The notes: generated by a model not told the origin, from the sequence alone. Counted from the first letter of the stretch, positions 27,876-38,763 are shown. The stretch: DNA of 64,000 nucleotides from Alphaproteobacteria bacterium (GCA_028278105.1 JANQEX010000074.1:6237-70236); one strand, 5' to 3'. A program made the numbers and translations.

Positions 27876-28301
27876 TCAAGGGGAGAGGAAGAATCTTTCC
27901 TTGCCCGTCTGCGCCGAGGCTTCAGTGGGTCTTTGGGGAAAGCCAAACTGCGGCATAGCATCTAACGTGTGGAGCTTACCGTGAATTGCCGCCTGAAGCG
28001 CGCTGCCGTCGGCAGCTCCGAATAACGTACGCTCGCATGTCTCGATCTGTTGATCCCTAGGCATTTTCTCTACTCGGTTTATAAAGGCCGCCGTTGCCGC
28101 CGCGTGCAGCGGGTTGCGGTGATTAGCCCAATGCGCCAGATCTGCGTAGAAATAAACGAGGTCTTCCGAAGGAGTAGTCATGTTAAGAAACGCAAAGAAG
28201 GGCTTTGTATAAAGCGGATTGCTGTTAGCACAGCGAAGAAGCCGCCCAGCTACTCTTTCCGAGAAATCGTTAAACATTGTCTTAACTCGATCCTTCATCA
28301 C
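27876..28301 (-). CDS. Hypothetical protein
   Basis: 141-aa lower-GC ORF; its stop codon lies inside a CCTCTCCC...GGGAGAGG repeat. Confidence 0.5.
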   Translation of the reverse strand: MMKDRVKTMFNDFSERVAGRLLRCANSNPLYTKPFFAFLNMTTPSEDLVYFYADLAHWANHRNPLHAAATAAFINRVEKMPRDQQIETCERTLFGAADGSALQAAIHGKLHTLDAMPQFGFPQRPTEASAQTGKERFFLSP

Positions 28302-28479
28302 AAAACTATATCAGCAAGTTATTGCTTAAAGCAAGTTGATATTTCGCGGTCGCCTGGCAAATAAATGCCTATAGTATTCGCTCTCTAAAAGGATATCGTC
28401 GCGTTAACCATAAATGAGCATTATCCATTGCGCCGACCTTTTCACGTGCCGCTTCGCTTCTAGCAGTCGAGACGACGCC

Positions 28480-28650
28480 GCGGGGGCGATTATCGACAGT
28501 CAGACCGTTAAGACCAGCGAAAGCGGCGGACCGCGCGACTATGACGCCGGCAAGAAGATCAAAGGCCGCAAGCGACAAGCCCTCGTCGATACTGACGGCC
28601 GCGCGCGCTCCTGCTCGTTCCGCATCCAGCCGGTATTCAGGATCGTGACG
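28480..28650 (+). pseudogene. IS5-family transposase fragment
   Basis: [31 protein letters not shown], then a frameshift in a GC run continuing as HPAGIQDRD; both ends missing. Confidence 0.85.
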
Positions 28651-29058
28651 AGGATCAATGGCGCTCCACCGCCACGAAATCTGCCGGCAGCCCGCCCCCA
28701 TCATCGCCCGCATTAATCAACCACTTCGGCAATGTCCATAGAGAGGCTTTTGCCAGCATGACATGAATATATTCCCCTCCCTCTGGGAGGGGTTAGGGGA
28801 GGGCTCATGTGCATGCTTCATGGGTAATGCTTCTTCTTATGGGAAGGTCTTCCCTCCCCCTTCCCCCCCTCCGCCTTCGCTCTGCGAACTACGGCGGACG
28901 AGCTTTCTTCAAGGACCCGCCGTAGCTTTAGCGAAGGCGGGCCGGAGGGAGGGGGCGTGATTTTCATTTCCCTCCCAAAGGGAGAGGGTAGCGGTCTTTT
29001 TCCCGCTTTCGCGGGAATGCGCATGGTGTAAATTCCATCAGAACCGGAAACTTCCCGC

Positions 29059-31254
29059 ATGCGCATTGCTTTTCTGAATGTCTGGGCCAACAAGTCGGCC
29101 GAAGCCCATATCGGCGAGGCGCTGCGTGGCGTGGCCCGTGGCCTGGGGCATGAGTTGAAGCCTTGCGTCAACAGCGCCGAGGTGGAGGCGTTCAACCCTG
29201 ATTTCGCCATCGTGCTGTCGCGCACGCAGGCCAGGCTCACACGCTGCCCCACCTATCTGGCCATCAACGAGCCGGCCAGCGTTTACCTGCGCGAGCCGGG
29301 GCTTTTCCTGTCGGTGCTGACCTTCGACGGCTATCTGGCCCTGGCCGATAGTTTGCGCGGTTTCCTGAAGAACGCGCTGCACGGCATCGGCCGCAAGGAA
29401 GAGGTGGGCGAATACTACAACACCTCCGCCCGTTTTGACGGCGGCAGCGAACCGGTACGCAAGGCGCTGCTCGAAGGCAAGGGCCGGCTCACTTATTTCG
29501 GCACCAACTGGGACGGGCGGCGCATCAGCTTTTTCAAAAGCCTTGGCCAATGGGAAGACGTGGAGCTTTACGGGCGGAAAGAGGCCTGGGAGCAGCACAA
29601 AATCCCCAACTACAAGGGCGAGGTGACGTTCGACGGGTTCTCGTTGCACGAGATCTACCGCCGCAACGGCATCGGCCTGAATATTCAGGGCGATCATCAT
29701 GTGTATGAAGACGTGATTTCCAACCGGGTGTTCGAAATCACCGCCGTGGGCGCGGTCTGCCTTTCGGCGCGCATGCCCTGGCTGGAGAAAAACTACGGCG
29801 ACAGCCTTTATTATTTCGAGCAGGAGCAGTCCGATCTTCGCCTGCTGGAAAATATCCGCGCGCTGCTTGATCACATCCACGCCCACCCGGAAGAGGCCTG
29901 GGAAAAGGCACAAAAAGCTCGCCGCATCTTCGAGGAAAAATTCGCCCTCGACGTTCTGCTGGAGAAAACCGTTTCGTTTCACGTGAAACGGCGGGAAGCC
30001 TTCGCCTCCCGCGACCGCGGCCGTGATCCGCTCATCAGCGTCATTATTTGCAGTGATGGCGGGAATATTAAGGGATTGCAGAAAGCCTGCGGCGCAATCG
30101 CCGCGCAGGATGCGGGACGGTTCGAACTGGTTCTTGTGAAAACCGCGCCTTTTTCCTTCACCCCGCCGGCGTCGCCTTTCCTGGTCTTCAAGGAAGTCGC
30201 GGCAGAGGAAGGCAAAACGCCGCTCTGGCAGGGGCTGGCGGCGACGGGGGGCGACCATGTCGCCATGTTGGACGAAGCCTGCGAATGGTTCCCGCAGCAT
30301 GTCCGCCGGCTTCTGGATACAAGGCTGGGAGACGGGGATTTTGCCCATTCCGCCGTGGTGGAGCAATGCCTGTCGCCTCCCGGCGAAACGGCATGGGTGG
30401 GCAATAATGAATTGCGGCGGCTGACCTGTCATCTTGACGTGAAGGGCCGCGAAATCCGCAACGCGGCCGAGTTGATTCATCCATGCGGCTTTCTCGCGCC
30501 GCGCCGGTTGCTTGATGAGGATTTGATGGATGATCCCGGCCTTGGCAAGGGGGCGGCGCGTTATCTGGTGCTAAGCCTTCTGGCCCGCGCCCGGCCCGTG
30601 CAGAATTTCGCGCCCACGGTTTTGACATCCACGGCGGTCCTGGCGGCGCTTCAACCTTCAAACGAGGAGTGGACGGCCATCATGCTGCGCCTGTGGCGGG
30701 CGACGTCCCGGAACGGCGGAGCCAACACGTTTCTCGACCAGTTTCCCGATGCCGGCTTTCGCATGCGCGCGCGGCGCTATGAAACACGGCGGGAAGAAAA
30801 AGACGGCGTGGTCCATGACCGCCTCAGCCATTCGCGCTTCGATCCCGCGCGGCTCAAACCCGCGCCGCTGCCATGGGTGCGGGCGCAATCCTTCTTTCAT
30901 CTTGGCCTTAGCCTGATCGACGCGGCGGCGCTGTCGCTTTCCATCAAGACCAGCGAAACGATGCGCGGCCTTGCCGGCTTCATCGCCTTTCCGCTGGCCG
31001 AAGACGGCGGCACGCCGGTTGAATATCTTGTCGTCGTCGAGGCCGAGGTGGAGAGGGGCCAGTTTTCCGTGCAGCTTTTGCATAACGAGCGCACGCTGGA
31101 ACGCTATGCCGTGGCCCGCACGTTTACTCCCGGCAAGCGTTATGTTCTGGAAATCCCCGTCTATTTCCGGCCGGAGGTGAGCGGCATCGTGATCGATGTT
31201 TCGCCCAACACCACGGCCCATATCCGCCGCATTTCGGCGAGGGTGGAAGAATAA
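29059..31254 (+). CDS. Multidomain glycosyltransferase (CgeB/GT1_2-like + degenerate GT2-like + unknown C-terminus)
   Basis: GLNI...SNRVFEI.AVG motif, later PLISVII and VAMLDE. Confidence 0.7.
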   Translation: MRIAFLNVWANKSAEAHIGEALRGVARGLGHELKPCVNSAEVEAFNPDFAIVLSRTQARLTRCPTYLAINEPASVYLREPGLFLSVLTFDGYLALADSLRGFLKNALHGIGRKEEVGEYYNTSARFDGGSEPVRKALLEGKGRLTYFGTNWDGRRISFFKSLGQWEDVELYGRKEAWEQHKIPNYKGEVTFDGFSLHEIYRRNGIGLNIQGDHHVYEDVISNRVFEITAVGAVCLSARMPWLEKNYGDSLYYFEQEQSDLRLLENIRALLDHIHAHPEEAWEKAQKARRIFEEKFALDVLLEKTVSFHVKRREAFASRDRGRDPLISVIICSDGGNIKGLQKACGAIAAQDAGRFELVLVKTAPFSFTPPASPFLVFKEVAAEEGKTPLWQGLAATGGDHVAMLDEACEWFPQHVRRLLDTRLGDGDFAHSAVVEQCLSPPGETAWVGNNELRRLTCHLDVKGREIRNAAELIHPCGFLAPRRLLDEDLMDDPGLGKGAARYLVLSLLARARPVQNFAPTVLTSTAVLAALQPSNEEWTAIMLRLWRATSRNGGANTFLDQFPDAGFRMRARRYETRREEKDGVVHDRLSHSRFDPARLKPAPLPWVRAQSFFHLGLSLIDAAALSLSIKTSETMRGLAGFIAFPLAEDGGTPVEYLVVVEAEVERGQFSVQLLHNERTLERYAVARTFTPGKRYVLEIPVYFRPEVSGIVIDVSPNTTAHIRRISARVEE

Positions 31255-31351
31255 GGTATTATAATACCACATTATGAAAGTATCGGAATGGCTTGACGAA
31301 ACAGGGGCCCTCCGCCTATAAAACGCGCCTGATTTTGAGGGAAACGCGACC

Positions 31352-31831
31352 ATGAAAAGCTATGCCATGCGCAAGGAGGATGCGCCCGCCCAGAAAGACT
31401 GGGTGCTGATCGACGCCGAAGGCGTGGTGCTGGGCCGTCTGGCGGCTGCCGTCGCCGGCATCCTGCGCGGAAAAACCAAACCGACCTACACGCCCCGCGT
31501 GGATTGCGGCGATCATGTCGTTGTCGTCAATGCCGAGAAGGTAAAGCTGACGGGAAACAAGCTGCGCGACCGCATCCTGTATCACCACACCGGTTTCCCC
31601 GGCGGGATCAAGGAACGCACGATGGGCTTTATCCTTTCGGGCAAGAATCCCGAACGCGCGATCCTGAAAGCGGTTGAGCGCATGCTGCCCAAGGAAAGCC
31701 CGCTGGCCCGCCGCCAGTTGACCCATCTGCATGTTTACAAGGGCCCGTCCCATCCGCACGAGGCGCAGCAGCCGAAGGCGCTGGACTTCGCCGCCTGCAA
31801 CCCGAAGAACAAGAGGAGCCGCGCCCAATGA
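31352..31831 (+). CDS. rplM: 50S ribosomal protein L13
   Basis: [34 protein letters not shown]. Confidence 0.98.
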   Translation: MKSYAMRKEDAPAQKDWVLIDAEGVVLGRLAAAVAGILRGKTKPTYTPRVDCGDHVVVVNAEKVKLTGNKLRDRILYHHTGFPGGIKERTMGFILSGKNPERAILKAVERMLPKESPLARRQLTHLHVYKGPSHPHEAQQPKALDFAACNPKNKRSRAQ

Positions 31832-32307
31832 CCGCCGCCATCAAGGCCATCACCGAAATCGAGGCCCTTCGCCCCCGGAAGGACGAGCCCGCGCCCGAGC
31901 CCAAGACCCGCGTCGACGGCAAGGGCCGCGCCTATGCCACCGGCCGCCGCAAGGACGCGGCCGCCCGCATCTGGGTCAGGCCCGGCAAGGGCAAGATCAC
32001 CATCAACGGCCGCGACGTGAAGGAATATTTCGCCCGTCCCGTGCTGCAAATGATCGTGGCGCAGCCTTTTCAGGTCATTGCCCGGAACGAACAGTATGAC
32101 GTGGAAGGCACCGTTTCCGGCGGCGGACTTTCCGGCCAGGCCGGCGCGGTGAAGCACGGCATTTCCCGCGCGCTGACCTATCTGGAGCCGGACCTGCGCA
32201 GCCCGCTGAAGAAAGCCGGGCTTCTCACCCGCGACCCCCGCGCGGTGGAGCGCAAGAAATACGGCCGCGTCAAGGCCCGCCGCCGCTTCCAGTTCAGCAA
32301 GCGTTGA
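31828..32307 (+). CDS. rpsI: 30S ribosomal protein S9
   Basis: [17 protein letters not shown]-terminal QFSKR. Confidence 0.98.
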   Translation: MTAAIKAITEIEALRPRKDEPAPEPKTRVDGKGRAYATGRRKDAAARIWVRPGKGKITINGRDVKEYFARPVLQMIVAQPFQVIARNEQYDVEGTVSGGGLSGQAGAVKHGISRALTYLEPDLRSPLKKAGLLTRDPRAVERKKYGRVKARRRFQFSKR

Positions 32308-32393
32308 TGATACGGACGCCGTCTGGCGCGTTGTTTCAAACGAACATTCCGGGCAAGGCTGCGCAGCCGCCGCGGCCCGGAATCCTGTTCTAT

Positions 32394-32655
32394 GAGAGTC
32401 TGGACCCAGTTAAGTAGGTTTTTCATTCAAAAAAAACTGCTCACCCCGGCCCCCGCTTTCGCGGGGGCAGGCTCCAGCCGGGGGTCCAGCATGTTGCCGA
32501 AGGCAACATGCAACCGCCTTCGGCGGTTGCTGGATTCCGGCTTGTCCGCCTCCGCAAGCTTCGGCGTGACGGGTGCGCCAGGACCTCGGCGTAGCCGCCA
32601 GGCGAAGCCGGGCGCCGGAATGAGCAGTTCTCTGTTTGGTTTGATTCATTTCTAA
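32394..32655. mobile_element. MITE family 1, inverted degenerate copy with nested insert
   Basis: Reverse complement matches 23420-23655 and 17155-17280. Confidence 0.75.
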
Positions 32656-32753
32656 AGGCGCGCTCTTGCAAACAGGACCGGCGCAGCTTTAGCGTAGCCG
32701 GGCCGTGGGAATGTGCGTATGATTGATTTGATTGCTTGATGGAAATTTCGCTT

Positions 32754-33803
32754 ATGTCTTCGCCGGAAAAAATCCGTATCGCCGTGCTGGGGGCCAGTGG
32801 TTACACGGGCGCCGAGTTGCTGCGTTTTCTCTTGCGTCACCCGGCCGCCGAAATTACCGCGTTGACGGCCGAGAAGAACGCGGGCCAGAAAACCGGCGCG
32901 GTGCTGCCGCATCTGGATTTTGAAGACCTGCCCGGCCTTGCGCGCGTCGCCGAGGTGGACTGGAGCCGGGTTGACCTTGCCTTTTGCTGCCTGCCGCACG
33001 GCGTCACGCAGGATGTCATTGCCGGCCTGCCGCGGCATGTGCGGATCGTGGATTTGTCGGCGGATTTCCGCCTTGCCGACGTGGAGGCGTATGCCGCCGC
33101 CTATGGCCAGAAGCATCGCGCGCCCGCGCTGCAAAAAGAGGCCGTGTACGGCCTGACCGAAATTTACCGCGCGCAAATCGAAAAGGCGCGGCTGGTGGCG
33201 AATCCCGGCTGCTATCCCACATCGGCCCAGCTTCCGCTCATTCCGCTTTTGCGTGAAAAGCTGATCGAGGCCGCCGATATCGTGATCGACAGCAAATCGG
33301 GCGTGACCGGCGCCGGGCGCGAGGCGAAGCCGGGCAGCCTTTACGCCGAGGTGGGCGAGGGCGTTCATGCCTATGGCGTCGCCACGCACCGCCATGCGCC
33401 GGAGATCGATCAGGGCTTGAGCGCGGCGGCGGGCCGGACGGTGACGGCCAGCTTCACGCCGCATCTGATGCCCATGAACCGGGGCCTTCTTTCCACGATT
33501 TACGTGAAGCTCGCCGCCGGCAAAACGGCGGGGGATCTGCGCGGCGCGCTGGAGGCCGCCTATGCGGGCGAGGCTTTCGTGAAAATTCTTCCCGAAGGGC
33601 TTTCGCCCGCCACGCGGCATGTGCGCGGCGTCAATCTGTGCGTGACCGGCGTGTTCGCCGACCGGCGCGCGGGCCGGGCCATTCTGGTCAGCGCCATCGA
33701 CAATCTGGTCAAGGGCGCGTCGGGCCAGGCCATTCAGAACATGAACCGGATGTCCGGCCTGCCGGAGACCATGGGCCTTGATTACATCGCGCTGTTTCCG
33801 TGA
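32754..33803 (+). CDS. argC: N-acetyl-gamma-glutamyl-phosphate reductase
   Basis: GASGYTG, ANPGCYPT, DNLVKGASGQA. Confidence 0.97.
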   Translation: MSSPEKIRIAVLGASGYTGAELLRFLLRHPAAEITALTAEKNAGQKTGAVLPHLDFEDLPGLARVAEVDWSRVDLAFCCLPHGVTQDVIAGLPRHVRIVDLSADFRLADVEAYAAAYGQKHRAPALQKEAVYGLTEIYRAQIEKARLVANPGCYPTSAQLPLIPLLREKLIEAADIVIDSKSGVTGAGREAKPGSLYAEVGEGVHAYGVATHRHAPEIDQGLSAAAGRTVTASFTPHLMPMNRGLLSTIYVKLAAGKTAGDLRGALEAAYAGEAFVKILPEGLSPATRHVRGVNLCVTGVFADRRAGRAILVSAIDNLVKGASGQAIQNMNRMSGLPETMGLDYIALFP

Positions 33804-33956
33804 TCTCGTTCCCTGTCCTTGTCCGCCTTCTCCTCAACCGGAGCGTCATCCCGGAAAACGGGCGAAGCGCGTTTATCCGGGATATCATGCCCATGGGGGA
33901 AAGAGATCCTGGATAACCGCCTGCGGCGGTTTCCAGGATGACGTCAAAATGCGGAT

Positions 33957-34130
33957 TTACTTCTTGCTGCGCGCGATTTTGGCTTCGGTGAATTCCACAT
34001 GCTTGCGCGCCACGGGATCATATTTGCGCAGCTTCAGCTTTTCGGCCTTGCGGGGGTTCTTTTTCGTCGTGTAGAAAAAGCCCGTGCCTTCGGAACTCAC
34101 CATATGAATTGCGTTCTTGACTTTTGCCAT
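33957..34130 (-). CDS. rpmG: 50S ribosomal protein L33 (Cys-free form)
   Basis: [30 protein letters not shown]. Confidence 0.95.
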   Translation of the reverse strand: MAKVKNAIHMVSSEGTGFFYTTKKNPRKAEKLKLRKYDPVARKHVEFTEAKIARSKK

Positions 34131-34417
34131 AGCCTCATCCTTGCTAAAGAGGCGTGAAAATAGCGGCTCGGAAGCCTGAAAGTCAAATATTAAGATAATG
34201 AACGAAATAACAATGACGATAACCATTACGTCATTGCGAGCCCTGCGATAGCAGGGCGAAGCAATCCAGAAAACATAAACACTAGATTGCTCCCCGCTTC
34301 GCCTTCGGCTACGCAGGGCCAATGGAGAAAACCAGCCCGGCGTAGCTTCAGCGAAGCCGGGTCGTCGCCCGCCTTCGTTTCACTACGGCGCGGCTCCTCG
34401 CAATGACAGAATTGCCA

Positions 34418-36196
34418 TTAAAACCGCTCCGCCGGCAGTTCCAGAAGCCCGCGCTGGTCATGGAGAATGACCGGCAACAACCCTGCCGTTTGCGGCAGGA
34501 TGCTTTCGGCATAAAAGCGGGCGGTGGCGATCTTGGTTTTCAGGAAAGCCGCGTCACCGCTTTTCGCCGCCAGGCCTTCCAGCGCCACGCTGGCCGATTT
34601 GGCAAGCTGCGCGCCTCCCGCCGCCGTTCCGAAAAGACGCAGGAAGGGCACGGCGGCAATCGCCGCCACATCGACGTTTTCCCTGGCTTTTTTCACAAGA
34701 TGCATCGCCGCCTGTTGCAGATGGTCAAGCGAGGCGTTGAGCGAGGATGAGATGGCTTTCGCGTCCTCTCCGGGCTGCTGGGCCAGTTTCAGCGCCGTTT
34801 CCGTCATTTCCTTCAGGTAGACGAGGAAGGCCTTGCCCTCGTCGCGGGCCAGCTTGCGGAACAGAAGATCATTGGCCTGAATGCCGTTGGTGCCTTCGTA
34901 AATGCCGAGCACGCGCGCGTCGCGCATGTATTGCGCGGCCCCCGTCTCTTCCACATACCCCATGCCGCCGAACACCTGAATACCGGTGGAGGTGATTTCG
35001 TTGGAAAGGTCGGTCACCCATGCCTTGACGACGGGCGTGAGAAGATCGACGCGCGCCTGCGCCGCCGGGTCTTTCGCCCGCTTGGCCTGGTCGGCGGCGA
35101 ATCCGGCGCTGAAGGCCAGCGCGCGTGCCGCCTCGGTTTGCGATTTCATGGTCATCAGCATGCGCCGCACGTCCGGGTGCGCGATGATCGGCACCGGCCC
35201 GCCCTTGGGGTTGGTGAGCGTGGGGCTTTGCACGCGGGTGCGGGCATATTCCGCCGCGTCCTGCACGGCGCGCTCGCAGGCGGCCAGGCCCTGAATGCCC
35301 ACGGACAGGCGGGCGTTGTTCATCATCACGAACATGGCGGCGATGCCGCCGTTTTCCTTGCCCACCAGCTCGGCATAGGCGCCGCCCTTGTCGCCATAGG
35401 CCAGGGTGCAGGCGGGGCTGGCGTGCTGGCCCAGCTTGTGCTCAATGGAAACCGCGCGCATGTCGTTCTTCTCGCCCAGCGCGCCGTCGTCCTTCACCAG
35501 ATATTTCGGCACGAGGAACAGCGTGAGCCCCTTGGTGCCGGGCGGCGCGTCGGGCAGGCGCGCCAGAACAAGGTGAAGGATGTTTTCGGCAAGATCGTGC
35601 TCGCCGAAGCTGATGAAAATCTTCTGGCCCTGGACCTTGTAGGCGTTGCCATCCTTCCATGCCTTGCAGCGGATATTGCCGACATCCGAACCGGCGGAGG
35701 ATTCGGTGATGTCCATCGTGCCGCTCCACTTGCCGGTCAGGAGATGGGGCAGGTATTTCTTTTTCTGCTCCGGCGTGGCGTGTTCGGCAAGAAGCTCCGC
35801 CGCGCCCTGGTTCAGCATGGTGCAAAGGGCAAGGCCCATGTTGCCGGACTGCAAAAGCTCCTGCACCGCCATGGCCAGGGTGAAGGGCAGATTCTGTCCG
35901 CCGAATTCCTCTTCGAAGCACAGACCGTTCCAGCACCCGTCCACATAGGTCTGGTAAGCTTCTTTCGAGCCTGCGGGAGTCGTCACGTCGTCATTGACGA
36001 ATTTCAGGCCTTCCCGGTCGCCCCTGGCGTTCAGGGGCGCGAAGGTTTCGGACGCCAGTTTCCCGGCCTCTTCCAGAACGGCGGAGGCCAGTTCCTCGCT
36101 CAGTTGGGCGGTATGGGGAAGGGCTCCCAAGGCGTCATAGCCGATCAGGTTCTTGAATACGAAAAGAATGTCTGCAAGCGGGGGACGATAGGGCAT
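34418..36196 (-). CDS. Acyl-CoA dehydrogenase
   Basis: GTMDITE..GSD, GQKIFIS, EHKLG, GGMGY, IYEGTNGIQA. Confidence 0.93.
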   Translation of the reverse strand: MPYRPPLADILFVFKNLIGYDALGALPHTAQLSEELASAVLEEAGKLASETFAPLNARGDREGLKFVNDDVTTPAGSKEAYQTYVDGCWNGLCFEEEFGGQNLPFTLAMAVQELLQSGNMGLALCTMLNQGAAELLAEHATPEQKKKYLPHLLTGKWSGTMDITESSAGSDVGNIRCKAWKDGNAYKVQGQKIFISFGEHDLAENILHLVLARLPDAPPGTKGLTLFLVPKYLVKDDGALGEKNDMRAVSIEHKLGQHASPACTLAYGDKGGAYAELVGKENGGIAAMFVMMNNARLSVGIQGLAACERAVQDAAEYARTRVQSPTLTNPKGGPVPIIAHPDVRRMLMTMKSQTEAARALAFSAGFAADQAKRAKDPAAQARVDLLTPVVKAWVTDLSNEITSTGIQVFGGMGYVEETGAAQYMRDARVLGIYEGTNGIQANDLLFRKLARDEGKAFLVYLKEMTETALKLAQQPGEDAKAISSSLNASLDHLQQAAMHLVKKARENVDVAAIAAVPFLRLFGTAAGGAQLAKSASVALEGLAAKSGDAAFLKTKIATARFYAESILPQTAGLLPVILHDQRGLLELPAERF

Positions 36197-36230
36197 GGTT
36201 CTTTCCTGTTGTTTAAGGGCTGACGGAACT

Positions 36231-36245
36231 TGGCACGCGGTTTGC
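36231..36245 (+). promoter_or_regulatory. Sigma-54 (-24/-12) promoter
   Basis: TGGCAC-GCGGT-TTGC, exact consensus spacing, 31 nt before the ATG at 36277. Confidence 0.7.
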
Positions 36246-36276
36246 GAAGAATGGGTTAACGGAGGAGACCCGCGCC

Positions 36277-37239
36277 ATGTCGGATCAGGTGCAAGACAAG
36301 GCCAATCATAATACGCATCTCTGGCAAGCCCAGAGCTTTGACAGGAGTCCCGTGCTGGGCGCGATAAAAACCGCCAGCGCCCGCACGGGGGTCGATTTTG
36401 CCTATCTGCTCAACAACGCCAGCCAGGAAAGCAGCCTTGACCCTTCCGCAAAGGCAACGTCAAGCAGCGCGACGGGATTGTTCCAGTTCATCAACCAGAC
36501 ATGGTTGCAGATGGTGAAAAATCACGGAAGTGATTACGGTCTCGAAAAAGAGTCCGGCGCCATCAGCATCACGAACGGCCGGGCGCAGGTGGACGATCCT
36601 GCCTTGCGCAAGAAGATTCTCGACATGCGCTACGATCCCGTTCTGTCGGCGGCGATGGCGGCGGAATTCACGGCCGGCAACAAGGATTATCTGGCCCGGA
36701 AGCTGGGCGGAAACATCGGCTCGACCGAGCTTTATCTGGCGCATTTCCTGGGGGCGGGGGGCGCGGCCAGGTTCATTGAGGCGATGCGGGCCGATCCATC
36801 GGCGTCCGCGTCCGCGCTGTTGCCGGAGGCGGCGAAAGCCAACCCGTCGGTTTTCCATGACAGGTCGGGACGGGCGCGCAGTCTTGAGGACGTCTATAAC
36901 AGCTTCGCGGCAAAATTCGACAAAAACGGCAACGTCTTTGCCCGCGCCGCCGTGGCGGAAGGAAAGAGCGGGAACAAGATTGCGGCGATGGTGGATAGTG
37001 CCGCGTCTTCTCCGGCCACGGGCGGGGGCCCGGCGTCTTCGTCATGGCCCAGGCGCGATCTGGCGGGGCTTTCCTCTTATTTCACCCGCCCGCCCGATGA
37101 GGCGGCGTCCATTGCCGCATCCCCCGGCGCGATTCCCGGCTTTAACTGGCATCCGGCCCATGCCACCTCCGGCACGCTTTTCAATGCCATGATCCTGGCG
37201 CAAACAAAAATAACCGAGGCGATGAAGGGCAGCGCATAG
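36277..37239 (+). CDS. Lytic transglycosylase (SLT-like) domain protein
   Basis: ESS catalytic motif, SSATGLFQFI..TW, LYLAHFLG.GG. Confidence 0.85.
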   Translation: MSDQVQDKANHNTHLWQAQSFDRSPVLGAIKTASARTGVDFAYLLNNASQESSLDPSAKATSSSATGLFQFINQTWLQMVKNHGSDYGLEKESGAISITNGRAQVDDPALRKKILDMRYDPVLSAAMAAEFTAGNKDYLARKLGGNIGSTELYLAHFLGAGGAARFIEAMRADPSASASALLPEAAKANPSVFHDRSGRARSLEDVYNSFAAKFDKNGNVFARAAVAEGKSGNKIAAMVDSAASSPATGGGPASSSWPRRDLAGLSSYFTRPPDEAASIAASPGAIPGFNWHPAHATSGTLFNAMILAQTKITEAMKGSA

Positions 37240-37359
37240 GATGCCATGCCTGCCCCCACTGGAGCTTAGGACAGGCTTCGGCGGGAGGAAGTCCACGATA
37301 AGGAAAAAAGCGTGGATGCCTGCCTACGCGGGCATGACGTGTTCCAATGAACCCGGACC

Positions 37360-38763
37360 CTAAACAACCGCGCCGGGATTGAGAATGTTGCCGGGATCAA
37401 GCGCGGCCTTGATCCTGCGCATCAGGGCGATGTTCGCGGGCGGCGTGGTGCGGAGAAATTCCTCGCGCTTGAACCGGCCGATCCCGTGCTCCGCGTTGAT
37501 GCTGCCGCCATGACCGAGAACCAGATCATGCAGGGCCACCGCCATTTCGTCGCGCCGGGCGAGAAATGCGGCGGGGCTGCCGTCTTCGGGCATGCTGATA
37601 TTGTAATGCAGGCTCCCGTCGCCGAGATGTCCAAACACGTAAGGCCGCGCGCCGGGAATTGTTTTTTCGACAAGCTCCGCCGCGCGCGCGAGGAAATCCG
37701 CCATTTCATTCAGGGGAAGGGCCACGTCGTGCTTGAGCGACGCGCCGAGATTTTTCTGGGCGCGAATGACGGCCTCGCGCAATTGCCAGAACGCCTTTGC
37801 CTCCGCGACGTTTTTGGCAAGCGCTGCATCGGCGGCCATGTTCTCCTTCACCAGGGAATCAAGCGCCGTTTCAAGCCGGGCCTGGCCGTCTGCTCCGTGA
37901 AGCTCGATCAGTGCCGTCCATGGAAAATGTTGGGCAAAAGGTTCGCGCTGGTTGCCATAATGCACGGCGCTTTCCACGGCAAGGCGCGGCATGATCTCGA
38001 AGGCGGCGAGGCCGTCGCCGGATTTTTCGCGCAAGGCTCCCAGCGCTTCCACCGCCTTGCCGATACCGGCAAAACCGGCCAGCGCCGTTTCGATCACGGC
38101 GGGGAGGGGGCGAAGCGCCAGCGATGCGGCGGTAATGATGCCAAGCGTGCCTTCCGATCCGCACAAGAGGTTGCGCATGTCGTAACCTGAATTGTTCTTG
38201 CGCAATCCGCGCAAGTCGCGGAATACGGACCCGTCGGCCATCACCGCCTCTATCCCCAATATTTGCGCGCGCATCGGCCCGTAGAGCGGCGTGAAAGAAC
38301 CGCCTGCATTGGTGGCAATCGCGCCGCCGACGCTGGCCGCGCCCTCGGCGGCGAAACTCATCGCCAGAAAGCGGTTCTTTTCTTCGGCGGCTTTCCGGGC
38401 GTTGGCCAGGGTGCATCCGGCTTCGGCCCGCATGCTGAAATTGGCGCTGTCCACCGCGTGAATGGCGTTCATGCGCGAAAGATTGAGGGTCAGCATGTCT
38501 CCGTCCGGCGTGGACACGCCCGCGCCCGCGAGCCCGGTCTTGCCGCCCTGCGGCACAAGCGGGATGCGGTGCAAGGCGCAAAGCCCGACGATTTTCGCCA
38601 CCTGTGCCGTGTTTTGGGGCAGGAGAACGCAGGGGCTCCGTCCCGTCACGCGCCCGCGCTCTTCGCGCATATAAGGCGCCATGGCGGCATCGTCGCGCAG
38701 GCAGCCTTCCGGGCCGGTGATGGCGGCGAAGGCGTCGAGAATATGCGGCGCGATCATTTTCAT
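37360..38763 (-). CDS. FAD-binding oxidoreductase (D-2-hydroxyacid dehydrogenase-like)
   Basis: PQGG.TGL, KNNSGYD, GSEGTLG, GHLGDG, AEHGIG, DP.NILNPG. Confidence 0.92.
   Translation of the reverse strand: MKMIAPHILDAFAAITGPEGCLRDDAAMAPYMREERGRVTGRSPCVLLPQNTAQVAKIVGLCALHRIPLVPQGGKTGLAGAGVSTPDGDMLTLNLSRMNAIHAVDSANFSMRAEAGCTLANARKAAEEKNRFLAMSFAAEGAASVGGAIATNAGGSFTPLYGPMRAQILGIEAVMADGSVFRDLRGLRKNNSGYDMRNLLCGSEGTLGIITAASLALRPLPAVIETALAGFAGIGKAVEALGALREKSGDGLAAFEIMPRLAVESAVHYGNQREPFAQHFPWTALIELHGADGQARLETALDSLVKENMAADAALAKNVAEAKAFWQLREAVIRAQKNLGASLKHDVALPLNEMADFLARAAELVEKTIPGARPYVFGHLGDGSLHYNISMPEDGSPAAFLARRDEMAVALHDLVLGHGGSINAEHGIGRFKREEFLRTTPPANIALMRRIKAALDPGNILNPGAVV

Noticed and set aside
27224..28990. 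tRNA-Pro-anchored genomic island or prophage
   Set aside because: No integrase and no duplicated tRNA 3' end seen; cutA follows directly.
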